In this document: in pieces, positions 18,677 through 33,310 of the stretch | Numbering within the stretch: position 1 is the stretch's first letter | Layout: each line of letters opens with the position of its first letter | DNA from: Paraspadella gotoi | Lineage: Eukaryota; Animalia; Chaetognatha | Assembly (NCBI GenBank): GCA_051294375.1 | Contig: CM119265.1 | Span: 28,520,443 to 28,584,442, forward strand | Direction of reading: 5' to 3' | DNA length: 64,000 nucleotides | Made by a program: the position numbers and the translations under genes | The notes under the pieces: model-generated | What the model saw: only the letters and a program-made list of their open reading frames with translations | Database searches by the model: none | Told to the model about the DNA's origin: nothing

Positions 18677-21600
18677 AACCGGAAAACACAGCGTCTCGTC
18701 TGAATTCAAACGCCTGGCCGCATTGGACCGACGACGACGACGGAACGACAGCGGAAGAAGCGATTACTGACAAAAGAGCCAACGCATTCAGGTTGTTGTT
18801 AATTACTTCGCCGAAGTTCAAATTTATATGAAAGAAGTTGTGAATATATGAAGATATTATATTGCGTATTGTACCAATTTCATGCTACATAAAACTATTG
18901 ACTGAGAGTCTTTGATATTAAAACGCTTGCAGGATACTGTTATGTTACTCAACTTGCGCTAAGAAGTCAGGGGCAAGCTTGCTTCATTTCTTATTCGGTG
19001 TTACCAAATATCATAATGAAAAATTCAATTAAAGACTAATGAGACAGTGAAATATTGTACAAACTTGAGAAAACATACAACTTGTGAAATAACTCTGTTA
19101 TATTCAACTGTACTCTAAACCCAGAAACAATAAACACAAACAGAACGAGATTAGCGTGCAAGGCATCAATTAAACTGATACGCAAGCATAATGCATCTAT
19201 AGCCCACGAGACCGTAATCAGAAAGGCAGCGTTGCCGTGCGGACTGCCGCGAGCTCGAAACCGCTGCTGCACATGATGCCGCAGCGCGCTCCTCATCAGT
19301 CGTGCAGTCATTCCGCGAAACCTCGCGGCTCAAAACTCAACCGACGCCCCGTCTACGAGTAACTCCGTTTTCCTCAAGCGCCGCCACATCACAGCGCTCG
19401 TCTCTGTCTCCAGCTCCGGAAAAACGGATGCCCAAGACCGGACACCGGGAGAGAGAGATGATGAGGCGGCGTTCCCCGGCGCTCCCGGCGCACTCCCGCG
19501 CCATCGACGCCCGCGACAAAAGACCCCAGACTACGAAGATGGCGTCTTTGTGCCGTCTGCTGTTAGGCAATCCTCATCGGCGCCAATCTGCGTGAAACCC
19601 GAAGACGCCCGTGGATGTTGAATATAGTATCGCCTCCGTCAACGGTGCGACGATGCCCCGTGGTGGAGTATTGAGAGATGTTATTAGTTTTAAATTAATG
19701 ATTAATTGATATTTTGCTGTATTTTATAACAAGGGAGTGGATGATAATTACAGGTTAACATTCGTCCTCCACTAAGAATATAACTGTCCATTATAATTAA
19801 CCCATAATAAAAATTAAATCATTTAGATTTAATAGGCAATTAAAAAGATAGTATCATAAAATCCTATTTCCAATCATGAGATTAAAACTATATTAATTCG
19901 TTTCTTTGGTGATAATCTACTAGACCATACAGATTCACTGCGCCGTCTCGTCATTTCGTCGTCGTCGCTGTCGTCTTTATTTCGAGCTGTGATGAGGAAA
20001 AGTTGCTGAAGGAAGAGAGAAGTGAAGAAAAGAAAAAGTGAAGAGAAGAAAAGACAACGGAAAGTTTAAAAGTGTGAAGTGGAAGAAATAGAAAAGAAAG
20101 ATTTTAAGCAGAGGATGAAAGATAGAAAAGTAGAAAAGAACAGTAGCATCTTCAAGGAAGTTCTGATGATGGCAAACTATTTTCAGAACATCGGATCTGA
20201 CGGTGTAGTCCGCCCACTAAACAGTGCAGGCTGCGTTAGACGTCCCGTCGCGCTTACGTGTATTGATACCAACGAGGCGCCCCCTTAACCACTTCTCCCT
20301 CAATTTTATCCTCTTCCCCACTGATCCCCTTAACTTCCCCGCCTTTCCTCCTTCCCATCCCTTCCTTACCCCTTGCTTCAAATTCCCTTACCTTTCCCAT
20401 CTTTCCCCTCTCCTCCCCTCGCTACTTCCCTTACCCTTCCCCTATCCACCCTTCCCTTCCCCCTACAATCCCCTTACGTTCCCCGCTTTCCCAATCCCCT
20501 CCCCTCCTCCCTTTCCCTTACCCCTCCCCCACGAATCCCCTTACTTCCCGCGCCTTCCCCTCCTATCCCTTCCCTTACAGTTTCCCTGCCCCTCCTCACG
20601 CGTTCCTTGGAGCCCCTGCCCCCACGGAATTCCCTACCTTTCCCCGCGTGTTCCCATTTGCCGCCTGTGGCGTCCTGACCCTGCTTCCAGCCTCGCGGGC
20701 TGACCCAAACACTCCCCGATCTGCGGCGTCTGTTCACCCAGAGCGGTTGCCGACCGGCGCCCTCTGCGTCCACGATTCTCGTCGTCAGGACCATCGTTTC
20801 ATTCGAATTCTCCCACCAGCGGCGTTGTGCAGGTCGATTTCGGTCCAATCAACGTCCACGGAGCCGGCTTCGTCGACGACGCCGTCTGCTGGGTCGGACC
20901 CGTGAATTCGTTTTGAGGGTGCTGTGAGAGAAGAGGGAGTATCTTATGACAGAATAATGTAGGCAAATGGTATTTTTAGATTTAAAATATTTTAAGATTA
21001 TTTTTTTTTTTGGTTCTGGATTTCCTTCTGCAATGCTTGCGTTTCTAGTTTCATTATTATTCTTATGTTTTAATGGACTCGTAGGAGTTGAAAGTTTAAT
21101 GTTGTATGTATTAAGAATTCAGGATAAATTTTTTTTACAACCAAAAAAAAAAATTCCAAACGAATTTACAATAGAATAATGCAAACAATGTTTATTAGTT
21201 AGATCGTCTTATAGATTATGATTTATTTTCAATACTATTAATTACCCAAGCTTATTATTAAAGCTAATTAATACTCATAAGTTGAAGAAGTTTTCTTCAT
21301 TACTTCTTGAAAAAGACGTCTCTCTCTCTCTCTCTCTCTTCCTCTCTCGCTCGTTTCTCGTTCTCTCTCTCTCTCTCTCTCTCTCTCCTCTCTCGCACAC
21401 CCCACTTCTAACTATCACTCTTCTGATTTCTCTTTCTAACCAACTTTTCCTTTTCATATTAAGAAAACGGTTGGGTTAACTTTCTCTCTCTTCTAGGTAG
21501 AGTGCCTCCTCACTTTTTTTCTTCCGCCGGGGGGCGGCCTTCGCTTTCCCGCTGCGGAGAAACGGTACTACCCTGTCGCTGTCAGCGACCTTGGTCACCT

Positions 21601-23570
21601 TCTCTCTTTCTCTAACCTTTACCTTACCTTTCTGCGAAATGGACGAGAAAAAAAAAGAAACATTACTTCTCTTTATTTTTTTGGAAATAAGTTTTGTGTC
21701 GCTAGAGTCTTTCTTTTGTCTGTTTAAATTTCGTTTCTGTTTTCTTTTCTTTTTCTTTCTTTTTTCTTTTCTTCTTTTCTTTTTTTTTCTTCTTTCTTCT
21801 TTTCTCTAACTTAATTTTTTAACACAATCAAACCGTGCTCATGAATCCGTTTCATCACGAAAGCTTACGGTTGCCTAATTTTTTACTATTTGGTTATTGT
21901 ATTTTTTTACCAAACCTTTAAATTAAACAAAAAAATATTTTCAGGACAATAACAACAACAAACAAAATAATTTAAGCTTTTTTTAACACTCGAAAAAAAT
22001 TAACTGTCGGAACTAATTCAATAACCGCAACAAAATAATTACTAACAACAAACTAAAAAAAAACCATTATTTTACTCAAATCCCGAATTTGAATACAATC
22101 ATTTAAAATATTTCGTAAGACAATGGAAATGTGGGACTCATGTACAATGTACACATCGTTTGAATTTAACTACCTTTCTAAAAACCATAACAACCTAACC
22201 TACCAAGCCAACACGCGAATAAAGAACCATTTGAGCTACTTACCCACTACTTACCAGATCGTACCTCCTTTGCCCCGCCCGAAAATACTTCCACTTTTCC
22301 CGATTTCTTCAAACTTACTTTTCCGTTTGAACAACTCCTCAAGCCCAAAGTGATTTCTGACCCAAATGCAACCCAGCGATACGCCGTCGCAACTCAACCA
22401 GTCGAATTTCGTGCTGCTTTTCTCGTCGCTTCATTCTCACCCGACCCGATAAAGAACTCGTCGTGTACTTACCCTGACGCGACGCTTTCGAACTGAAACT
22501 TTCTTACTCGCCCTTTTTTTCTCCCAAAGGCTCGTGTGACCGACCCGGTACCCGTATCCCACGAACAATGTGACTGCGTTCATCCTTATCATTTGTCTCT
22601 TGCCTTGAAGTTCCGCTGAGCCTTGTCATTATCTTTCATTATCCTTTCGTTACCCTTCGTTACCTGACCTTCAGAGGTTGATTAATTCTATTTCGTTAAA
22701 CCTGTAATGCTTATTTATTTAACTTTTTTTTTGTACTTTCATTCCTTTTTGTTTTATTTATTTCAAGTCTATTCTATTCTAATTCTCTTCTCTTCTATTC
22801 TTAATCTTATTCTTAACGTATTCATTTCGCCTTTCTCCCCTTCCCTCCCCCCTCTCTCTCCCTCTCTCCCTCTCTCCCTCCTCCCTCTTTATCTCCCTCT
22901 CTCTTCGCGCTTTCCCTCCCTCTCTCTCGCCCTAGCTCTGGTCTCCCTCTCTTCCTCTCTTTCTCTCCCTCTCCTATCTCCTCTCTCCATGCTCTCTCCC
23001 CCTGTCCTCCTCTTTCCGCCTTTCCGATCCTCCTCCTCTCCCCCTCTCTCCCTCTCTCTCGCCCCTCTCTCCCTCTCACTTTCCCAATTGGGACTCGTCG
23101 ATGTACACGTCTCTTTCTCCTCTTATCTTTTGGTCACGGTGATCCACGTCGCCGCAGCCAATGGTGAGTTAAAGCGTGAAGAAGTTTCCGGTTTTTGTTT
23201 TTCCTTTTAGCAAGCAAGAATGAGGAGGAGGAAGAGGAGGAGGATGAAGAGGAGGAGGTTGTGGAGGCGATAAAACAGGGGTGGAGGATATGCAGATGTG
23301 AAGGGAGAGAAGAAGGAGATAGAGAAGAGAGGGAGATAGGAGAGCAAGAAGAGAGAAGAGGGAAGAGGGAAAGGAAGGAGAGGGAGAAGAGAGAGGAGGG
23401 ATAGAGCGGGAAGAAGAAAGGGAAAGGAGAAGAAAGAGGAGGGAGAAAGTAGAGGAGGAGGAGAGGGAGAAGGAGGAAAAAGAATATGGTCAATATTTGT
23501 TACTTTTGATATNNNNNNNNNNNNNNNNNNNNNNNNNCTCCTCCTCCTCCTCCATTCCTTGCTTCAAAAG

Positions 23571-23693
23571 GGAAAAACAAAACCGGAAACTCTTCACGCT
23601 TTACTCACCATTGGCTGCGGCGACGTGGATTCACCGTGACCAAAAGGAATAAAGGAGAAAGAGAGCGTACATCGACGAGTCCCAATGGGGAAA
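23571..23693 (+). CDS. SOUL gene exon 7 (error-containing; inverted copy at 23080-23203)
   Basis: Consensus of the two copies reads GKTKTGNFFTLxLTIGCGDVD..ERDVYIDESQLG. Phase 1 acceptor and phase 2 GTGAGA donor fit exons 6 and 8. Confidence 0.55.
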
Positions 23694-26600
23694 GTGAGAG
23701 GGCAGAGAGGGCGCGAGAAGCAGGGAGAGAGGGGGAGAGGAGGACGGATGGAAAGGGGAAAGAGGAGAGACCAGGGGGAGAGACATGGAGAGAGAGATAG
23801 AGAGGGAGAGAAAGAGAGGAAGAGAGGGAGACAGAGATAGGGAGATGAGAGGGAGGGAAAGCGGAGAGGAGAGAGGGAGAAAAGTAGGAGAGGGAGAGAG
23901 GGGAGAGAGGGAGAGAGATGGGGGGAGGGAAGGGGGAGGAAAGGGAATAGAATAGTATAGAATAAGATTAGAATAGAAGAGAAGAGAATAGAATAGAATA
24001 GACTTGAAATAAAATAAAACAAAAAAGAAATGAAAGTACAAAAAAAAAAGTTAAATAAATAAAGATTACAGGTTTAACGAAATAGAAATTAATCAAACTT
24101 GAAGGTCAGGTAACGAAGGGTAACGAAAGGTAATGAAAGATAATGAAAGGTAAGGAATTCAAAGGCAAAGAACAAATGAGTAAGGAATGAACGAGGTCAC
24201 AATTGTTCGTGGGAACGGGTCACGGGTCGGGTCAAAGGATTTAGGAGAAAGAAAAGGGCGAGTAAGAAGTTTCAGTTCGAAGCGTCGCTCAGGGTAAGTA
24301 CACGACGAGTTCTTCTCGGCGGGTGAGGAAATGAAGCGACGAGAAAAGCAGACGAAATTCGATTGGTGAGTTGAGGCGATTCGCTGGTTGCATTTGGGTC
24401 AGGAAATCACTTTGGGTTGAGGAGTTTTCAACGGAAAAAGTAAGTTTGAAGAAATCGGGGAAAAGTGGAAGTATTTTGGGCGGAGGGAAAGGGAGGTAGA
24501 TTGGTAAGTAGTTGGGTAAGTAGCATCAATGGTCTATTCCGTTGTTGGTTGGTAGGTTAGGTTGTTAGGTTTTTAGAAAGGTAGTTAAATTCCAAACGAG
24601 TGTACAATGTACATGAGTTCCCACAATTCCATTGTCTTACGAAATATTTAAATGATTGTATTCAAATTCGGGATTCTGAGTTAAAATCAATGGTTTTTTT
24701 TTAGTTTGTTTGTTAGTAAATTTATTTTGTTGCGGTTATTGAATTAGTTCCGACAGTTAATTTTTTTTCCGATGTTAAAAAAGCTAAATTAGTTTTGTTT
24801 TGTTGTTATTATCCTGAAAATATTTTTTTTTTTAAATTTAAAGGTTTTGGTAAAAAAATTACAATTAACCAAAATAGTAAAAATTAGGCAACCGTAAGTC
24901 TTTCGTGATGATAACGGATTCATGAGCACGGTTGATTGTTGTTAAAAAATTAAGTAGAGAAAAGAAAAGAAAAGAAAAGAAAAAAAAAGAAAAGAAAAGA
25001 AAAGAAAAGAAAAGAAAAGAAAAGAAAAGAAAAGAAACGAAATTTTAAAAGACAAAAGAAAGACTCTAGCGACAAAAATTATTTCCAAAAAAAACTAGAA
25101 AAGTAAGTTTCTTTTTTTTTCTCGTCATTTCGCAGAAAGGTAAGGAAAGGTTAGAGAAAGAGAGGAAGGTGACGAAGGTCGCTGAAGCAGAAGGGTGAGT
25201 ACCGTTCTCCGCAGCGGGAAAGCGAAGGCCGCCCCGCGGAGAGAAAAAAAGGAGGAGGCACTTACCTAGAAAGAGAGAGAAAGTTAACCCAACCGGTTTT
25301 CTTAATGAAAAGGAAAAGTTGGTAGAAAGAGAAATCAGAAGAGTGAGTTTAGAAGTGGGTGTTGAACCGGAAAACACAGCGTCTCGTCTGAATTCAAACG
25401 CCTGGCCGCATTGGACCGACGACGACGACGGAACGACAGCGGAAGAAGCGATTACTGACAAAAGAGCCAACGCATTCAGGTTGTTGTTAATTACTTCGCC
25501 GAAGTTCAAATTTATATGAAAGAAGTTGTGAATATATGAAGATATTATATTGCGTATTGTACCAATTTCATGCTACATAAAACTATTGACTGAGAGTCTT
25601 TGATATTAAAACGCTTGCAGGATACTGTTATGTTACTCAACTTGCGCTAAGAAGTCAGGGGCAAGCTTGCTTCATTTCTTATTCGGTGTTACCAAATATC
25701 ATAATGAAAAATTCAATTAAAGACTAATGAGACAGTGAAATATTGTACAAACTTGAGAAAACATACAACTTGTGAAATAACTCTGTTATATTCAACTGTA
25801 CTCTAAACCCAGAAACAATAAACACAAACAGAACGAGATTAGCGTGCAAGGCATCAATTAAACTGATACGCAAGCATAATGCATCTATAGCCCACGAGAC
25901 CGTAATCAGAAAGGCAGCGTTGCCGTGCGGACTGCCGCGAGCTCGAAACCGCTGCTGCACATGATGCCGCAGCGCGCTCCTCATCAGTCGTGCAGTCATT
26001 CCGCGAAACCTCGCGGCTCAAAACTCAACCGACGCCCCGTCTACGAGTAACTCCGTTTTCCTCAAGCGCCGCCACATCACAGCGCTCGTCTCTGTCTCCA
26101 GCTCCGGAAAAACGGATGCCCAAGACCGGACACCGGGAGAGAGAGATGATGAGGCGGCGTTCCCCGGCGCTCCCGGCGCACTCCCGCGCCATCGACGCCC
26201 GCGACAAAAGACCCCAGACTACGAAGATGGCGTCTTTGTGCCGTCTGCTGTTAGGCAATCCTCATCGGCGCCAATCTGCGTGAAACCCGAAGACGCCCGT
26301 GGATGTTGAATATAGTATCGCCTCCGTCAACGGTGCGACGATGCCCCGTGGTGGAGTATTGAGAGATGTTATTAGTTTTAAATTAATGATTAATTGATAT
26401 TTTGCTGTATTTTATAACAAGGGAGTGGATGATAATTACAGGTTAACATTCGTCCTCCACTAAGAATATAACTGTCCATTATAATTAACCCATAATAAAA
26501 ATTAAATCATTTAGATTTAATAGGCAATTAAAAAGATAGTATCATAAAATCCTATTTCCAATCATGAGATTAAAACTATATTAATTCGTTTCTTTGGTGA

Positions 26601-28031
26601 TAATCTACTAGACCATACAGATTCACTGCGCCGTCTCGTCATTTCGTCGTCGTCGCTGTCGTCTTTATTTCGAGCTGTGATGAGGAAAAGTTGCTGAAGG
26701 AAGAGAGAAGTGAAGAAAAGAAAAAGTGAAGAGAAGAAAAGACAACGGAAAGTTTAAAAGTGTGAAGTGGAAGAAATAGAAAAGAAAGATTTTAAGCAGA
26801 GGATGAAAGATAGAAAAGTAGAAAAGAACAGTAGCATCTTCAAGGAAGTTCTGATGATGGCAAACTATTTTCAGAACATCGGATCTGACGGTGTAGTCCG
26901 CCCACTAAACAGTGCAGGCTGCGTTAGACGTCCCGTCGCGCTTACGTGTATTGATACCAACGAGGCGCCCCCTTAACCACTTCTCCCTCAATTTTATCCT
27001 CTTCCCCACTGATCCCCTTAACTTCCCCGCCTTTCCTCCTTCCCATCCCTTCCTTACCCCTTGCTTCAAATTCCCTTACCTTTCCCATCTTTCCCCTCTC
27101 CTCCCCTCGCTACTTCCCTTACCCTTCCCCTATCCACCCTTCCCTTCCCCCTACAATCCCCTTACGTTCCCCGCTTTCCCAATCCCCTCCCCTCCTCCCT
27201 TTCCCTTACCCCTCCCCCACGAATCCCCTTACTTCCCGCGCCTTCCCCTCCTATCCCTTCCCTTACAGTTTCCCTGCCCCTCCTCACGCGTTCCTTGGAG
27301 CCCCTGCCCCCACGGAATTCCCTACCTTTCCCCGCGTGTTCCCATTTGCCGCCTGTGGCGTCCTGACCCTGCTTCCAGCCTCGCGGGCTGACCCAAACAC
27401 TCCCCGATCTGCGGCGTCTGTTCACCCAGAGCGGTTGCCGACCGGCGCCCTCTGCGTCCACGATTCTCGTCGTCAGGACCATCGTTTCATTCGAATTCTC
27501 CCACCAGCGGCGTTGTGCAGGTCGATTTCGGTCCAATCAACGTCCACGGAGCCGGCTTCGTCGACGACGCCGTTGTGGGATCGACCCGGTGAATTCGTAT
27601 TTGAGGGTGCGCTGTGAAGAGAGAGCGAGTAATTTATGACAAATAATGTAGCAAATGGTATTTTTAGATTTAAAATATTTAAGATTATTTTTTTTTGTTG
27701 GTTCTGGATTTCCTTCTGCAATGCCTTTCGTTTCTAGGTTTCATTATTATTCTTATGTTTTAATGGATCGTAAGCAGTTGAAATTTAATGTTGTATGTAT
27801 TGAAAATTCAGATTAAATTTTTTTTACAACCGCAAAAAAAATTCCAAACGAAATTTACAATAGAATAATGCAAACAAAGTTTATTAGTTAGGATCCTTTA
27901 TGATTATGATTTAGTTTTCATACTATAATTACCCAGAGTTATTATTAACTAACTTAATACTCATAAGTTTGAAGAATTTTCTTCATTACTTCTTGAAAAG
28001 ACGTTCTCTCTCTCTCTCTCACTCTCTCTCG

Positions 28032-28085
<54 letters not shown>

Positions 28086-28121
28086 CTCTCTCGCACNNNN
28101 NNNNNNNNNNNNNNNNNNNNN

Positions 28122-28156
<35 letters not shown>

Positions 28157-28523
28157 GTCTTTTTCAAGAAGTTAATGAAGAAAACTTCTTCAACTTATGA
28201 GTATTAATTAGTTTAATAATAAGCTCTGGGTAATTAATAGTATTGAAAATAAATCATAATCTATAAGAGATCTAACTAATAAACTTGTTTGCATTATCTA
28301 TTGTAAATTCGTGAATTTTTTTGGTTTGTAAAATTTATTGATTAATACATACAACATTAAACTTTCAACTTACGTCATTAAACATAAGAATAATAATGAA
28401 ATAGAAACGAAGCATTGCAGAAGGAATCAGAACCAGAAAAAAAAAATAATCTTTAAATATTTTAAAATCTAAAAATTAATTTTGCTACATATTTTCATAA
28501 GATTACTCCCCTCTCTCTCAAGG

Positions 28524-28791
28524 CACCCTCAAATACGAATTCACGGGTCGACCCACAGAGGGCGTCGTCGACGAAGCGCTCGTGGCGTTGATGGACGAAA
28601 TCGACTGCACCGCCGCCCTGGTGGGAGAATTCGAAATGACGATCCTGACGGACGAGAATCCGTGGGACGAGAGGGCGCGGTCGGAAGTCTGGGTGAACAA
28701 GACGCCGCAGATCGGGGAGTGTTTGGGTCAGCCCGCGAGGCTGGAAGCAGGGTCAAGGAGCCAAGGCGGCAAGATGGGAACAGCGGGGAAG
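28524..28791 (+). CDS. SOUL gene exon 8, C-terminal half of domain 2 (inverted copies at ~20638-20921 and ~27326-27610)
   Basis: TLKYEFTGRPTEGVVDEALVALMDEI...NPWDERARSEVWV matches the SOUL C-terminal pattern F.G....L...PW....R.EVW. The donor position is approximate. Confidence 0.6.
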
Positions 28792-29749
28792 GTAGGGAAT
28801 TCGTGGGGGGACAGGGGTAAGGAAGCGTGAGGAGGGGAGGGGAAATGAAAGGTAAGGGAAGGGATAGGAGGGGAAGGCGGGGAAGTAAGGGGATTCGTGG
28901 GGGAGGGGTAAGGGAAGGGAGGAGGGGAGGGGATTGGGAAAGCGGGGAAGTAAGGGGATTCGTGGGGGAAGGGAAGGGGGAAGGGGAAGGGTAAGGGAAG
29001 GTAGGAGGGGAGGAGAGGGGAAAGATGGGAAAGGTAAGGGAATTTGGAAGCAGGGGTAAGGAAGGGATGGAGGGGAAAGGCGGGGAAGTTAAGGGGATCA
29101 GTGGGGAGAGGATAAAATTGAGGGAGGAAGTGGTAAGGGGCGCCTCGTTGGTATCAATACAAGTAAGCGCGACGGGACGTCTAACCCACCTGCACTGTAG
29201 TGGCGGACTACAGTCAGATCCGATGTTCTGAAAATAGTTTGCCATCTCAGAACTTCTTGAAGGATGCTACTGTATCTTTTCTACTTTCTATCTTTCATCC
29301 TCTGCTTAATCTTTCTTTTCTATTTCTTCCACTCTCACTTTTAAACTTCGTTGTCTTTCTTCTCTTCACTTTTCTTTTCTTCACTTCTCTCTTCTTCACT
29401 TTTCTTCACAGCTCGAAATAAGACGACAGCGACGACGACGATGACGACGACGGCGCCAGTGATCATGTATGGTCTAGTAGAATTATCACCAAAGAAACGA
29501 ATTAATATAGTTTATCCCTGATTGGAAATAGGATTTATGATACTTATCTTTTTATTGCTATTAAATCTATATGATTTATATTTATTATTTTATTAATATG
29601 GAAACAGTTATATCTTGTGGAGGACGATATGTTAACTTAATTATCATCCACTCCGCTTGTTATAAAATACAGCAAATATCAATTATCATTAATATTAAAA
29701 CTAATACAAATCCTCTCAATATCTCCACCCACGCCACCTGACGGCGATA

Positions 29750-30748
29750 TAATTCAACATCCACGCGGCGTCTTCGGGTTTCCACCGCAGATGGCGCCGA
29801 TGAAGATTGCTAACCACAAAGACGCCATCTTCGTAGTCTGGGTCTTTTGGTCGGGCGTCGATGGCGCCGGGAGCGCCGGGAGCGCCGGAAACGCCGCCTC
29901 TCTCTCTCTCTCCCGGTTCCGGGTTGGCATCGTTTTCCGGAGCTGAGACAGAGACGGCGCTGGATTGCGGCGCTGAGGAACCGGAGTTACTCGTAGACGG
30001 CGTCGTTGAGTTTTGAGCCGCGAGGCGAATGACGCCGCTAGAGAGCGCCGCGGCATCAGCAGCCGCGTTCGACGCGGCATCCGCACGAACGCTGCCTTTC
30101 CTGATTCGTCTCGTGCTTGATGCCTTATGCTTGGCGTATGGTTTTATTTGCTTGCTACGATCGTTCTTTGTTTTGTGTTTCTGGGTTTAGATAAAGTAAT
30201 ATACAAGTATTTTCACAAGTTTTTTTTAAGTTTGACAATTTTCACTGTCTCATTATTAATTGAATTTTTCAGGTTATGAAATTGGTACAACCGATATAAA
30301 AAATAAGCAAGCTTGCCCCTGACTTTGGACAGGCTATGATGGATTAAATCCTCCATCACTCTTACAAGTTAAGAACATAACAGTATCCTGCAAGCTTTAA
30401 ATCAAGACTCTCTCAATATTTTATGTACATGAAATTGGTACAACCAATATAATATATCATATAATTCACCTTCTTTCATATAAATTTTGAACTATCGGCG
30501 AAGTAATTAACAACAAACCTGAATGCGTTGCTCTTTTGTCAGTAATCGCTTCTTTCCGCTGTCGTCGTCGTCGTCGTCGTCGTCATGCGCCACGTGAATC
30601 GACGAGACGCTGTTGGTTTTCCGGTTCAACTGACGCAACGTGGAACGAGAGATCGACGACGACGACGACGACAACGACGACGACAACGACGACGACGACG
30701 TCGAGTGCAACACGTGACAAAGAGAAAAAATCATGGCAGATAAAATGA
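29750..30748 (+). CDS. Possible further 3' exons of the SOUL gene (frames not resolvable)
   Basis: GC-rich coding-like islands at 29750-30120 and 30543-30748 (..FSGSTDATWNERSTTTT..SWQIK*). The copies disagree by many indels. Confidence 0.3.
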
Positions 30749-31109
30749 TTTTTTTCTTCGTCATTTTTTGAAATCTTTTTTTTTTTGTGTATCGGACAAA
30801 ATCGGCGATAGACGGAAAAAGGAAGGAAGGAAGAGAAGAGCTATACATATATTTAATATATAATTAATTTAAATTTAATATATATTTATTAGGCAGAGGG
30901 GGGAAGAGAGAATAGTAATTGTTTATTTAACATAAATTTACAGCCGAATATTAAAAAAAAACTAATACATTTTTTTTTTTCAACGAAGGCACATTTATAC
31001 ATTTATGTTTACTAGTAACAATAAACTAATACAGAATTATTTTTTTAATATTGTCCCAGATTTAAGTTGTACAACATCCTGATCGTCCACACCCACATTA
31101 ACTCTTATA

Positions 31110-31445
31110 TGAAACCCGCCACATTGACCTCCCAAGGTCATTTCTCCACAGTTCCCCCATACTGTGACCCCCTCAGAAAGATTTCCCACAGTGACCTATC
31201 CACAGTTCCCTCCTCTGTGACCCCCCTTAAAGTTTCCCCCACAGTGACCTCTCCACAGTTCTCCCAACTGTGACCCCCAGTAAGTTTCCCCCACAGAGAC
31301 CTCTCCACAGTTTCCCCTACTGTGACCCCCAAGAAAGTTTCCCCCCAATGACTTCTCCACAGTTCCCCCTACCGTGACCCCCCAGAAAGTTTCCCCTACA
31401 TTGACCTCTCCACAGTTCCCCCCCGAAAGTGTCCTCTTCCACAGT
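31110..31445. repeat. ~53-bp minisatellite just past the stop codon of paralog B
   Basis: tgacctctccacagttccccctactgtgacccccagaaagtttcccccacag-like units, about 6 copies. Confidence 0.85.
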
Positions 31446-31447
31446 GA

Positions 31448-33274
31448 TCAAATCGGTGGCAGTACGAACGAGCAAGTGTGCCGACCAGACGCGGTCACTC
31501 CGCCCGTGATTCGTCCCTCCGCGCGGACGACCACCTGCGTACGCGCCATCGAGGGATCGTAGGTCGTACGAAGGACCGGAGTTAGGAACCCGATCTATAC
31601 GGAAAAAAGAGGGAGGAAAAATATATTTTAAAATTATATATTATATATATATATATATTTATAATCAAAAGAAAAACTTGTTTTAAAAAAATTTAAAAAC
31701 TGGGGCATGTCCTTGAATGTTTTGATCCTGACCTTCGTTATGAATTTTCATACAAAAACGAAACGGATTAAAAACCTGATTAGAAATAATAAAATTATTC
31801 GCCTGTTCCTTTGTTTTGTCTAATTTATAACAAACACGTGAAAAAAACCGTTTTATACCACAGATTAATACTCAATTACTAAATAGAATTTAAATTAGAT
31901 GAATCTAATTTTAATTTAAATATAATTGAATATAAATCGAATCTAATTGTAATCTAGATTAAATCTCATTTGAATCTAACTATAATTTAAATTACATTTC
32001 AATCAAATCTAATTTTAATTTAAATTGAATCTCAATTGAACTATTATTACCTTTCTGCTTTTTGGTCTGACGTAAATGTTCTTTTGTCCTCTTTCACAAC
32101 GACCGTAGATGTCGCAAACGCTGCATACAATAGTCTTGTTAAAATGGATTAAACATAGTATTAGTTAAATATTTATTTAAATATCCAATATACTCTCTCG
32201 CCGATGAGACTCACCTGTAAATAATTCGTCCTCTCAGCGGTCTCGTCTCGTGGTCGTTGACAATTCTGGTTAATTGCAAAAATAATTGTCTTTAAGGGCA
32301 AAGATGATTGTCTTTAAGGGCAAAGATGATTGTCTTTAAGGGCAAAGATGATTGTCTTTAAGGGCAAAGATGATTGTCTTTAAGGGCAAAGATGATTGTC
32401 TTTAAGGGCAAAGATGATTGTCTTTAAGGGTAAAGATGATTGTCTTTATGGAAAAAAATGATTGTCTTTAAGGGCAAAGATGATTGTTATTAAGGGCGAA
32501 TATGATTGTTTTTAATGGCAAAGATGATTGCCTTTAAGGGCAAAGATGATTGTCTTTAAGAGCAAAGATGATTGTGGTCGAGGACAATGATTGTTGTTTT
32601 AAGGGCAAAGATAATGGTGTTTAGGTTAAAATTAATCGAATTAAATTTTAACTCAGACACAAGTTCACTTGATTTGTACAAAAAAACTAAATTTAGTTTC
32701 ATCAAAAAAATTAAACAATGAAAAACTGGTAAAAAAAATATAATATTTAAAAAATAAAACAATAGAAAATAAAGTAAAACGAAATGAAGTAAAAAGCATG
32801 GTAAAATGAAATATAAGAAGGCATGGTAAAACGAAATAAAAGAAGGCATAATAAAATGAAATATAAGAATGCATGGTAAAATAAAATAAAAGAAGGCCTG
32901 GTAAAATGAAATATAAGAAGGCATGTTAAAATGAAATATAAGAAGGCATGTTAAAATGAAATATAAGAAGGCATGGTAAAATGAAATATAAGAACTATTT
33001 AAGAAGGCATGGTAAACTGAAACAAACAAAAAACAGGTTTTGATTTTCTACAAATTCATTTCTTACTTTTCTCAACAAAACTGGATTTTCTCATTTCTTT
33101 CTAAATTCGTCCTTGAGAATTTTCCGTGACCTTTGAAAATCTCGGAAAATTATTCTTCGTCTCAGAAAATAGAAATTCTTTTAAAGTTTAAAAAACCAGT
33201 TATAATCGAAATTTTTCTCTACAAATAATTCGATCATCAGAGGTTCAAACCGCGGGAAACTTTTTAAAACCTGT

Positions 33275-33310
<36 letters not shown>

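Larger units (their letters stand above)
18673..30630. repeat. Complex direct and inverted duplication A-B-gap-B'-A-gap-A'
   Basis: A=18673-21400, B=21400-23510, B' (reverse complement)=23538-25360, A again=25361-28096 (offset 6688, apparently identical for the first ~2.2 kb), A' (reverse complement)=28122-30630. Confidence 0.9.

Noticed and set aside
19036-20905. ORFs here and at 25724-27617 as independent duplicated genes
   Set aside because: They are antisense or frameshifted readings of duplicated copies of the SOUL gene 3' region.
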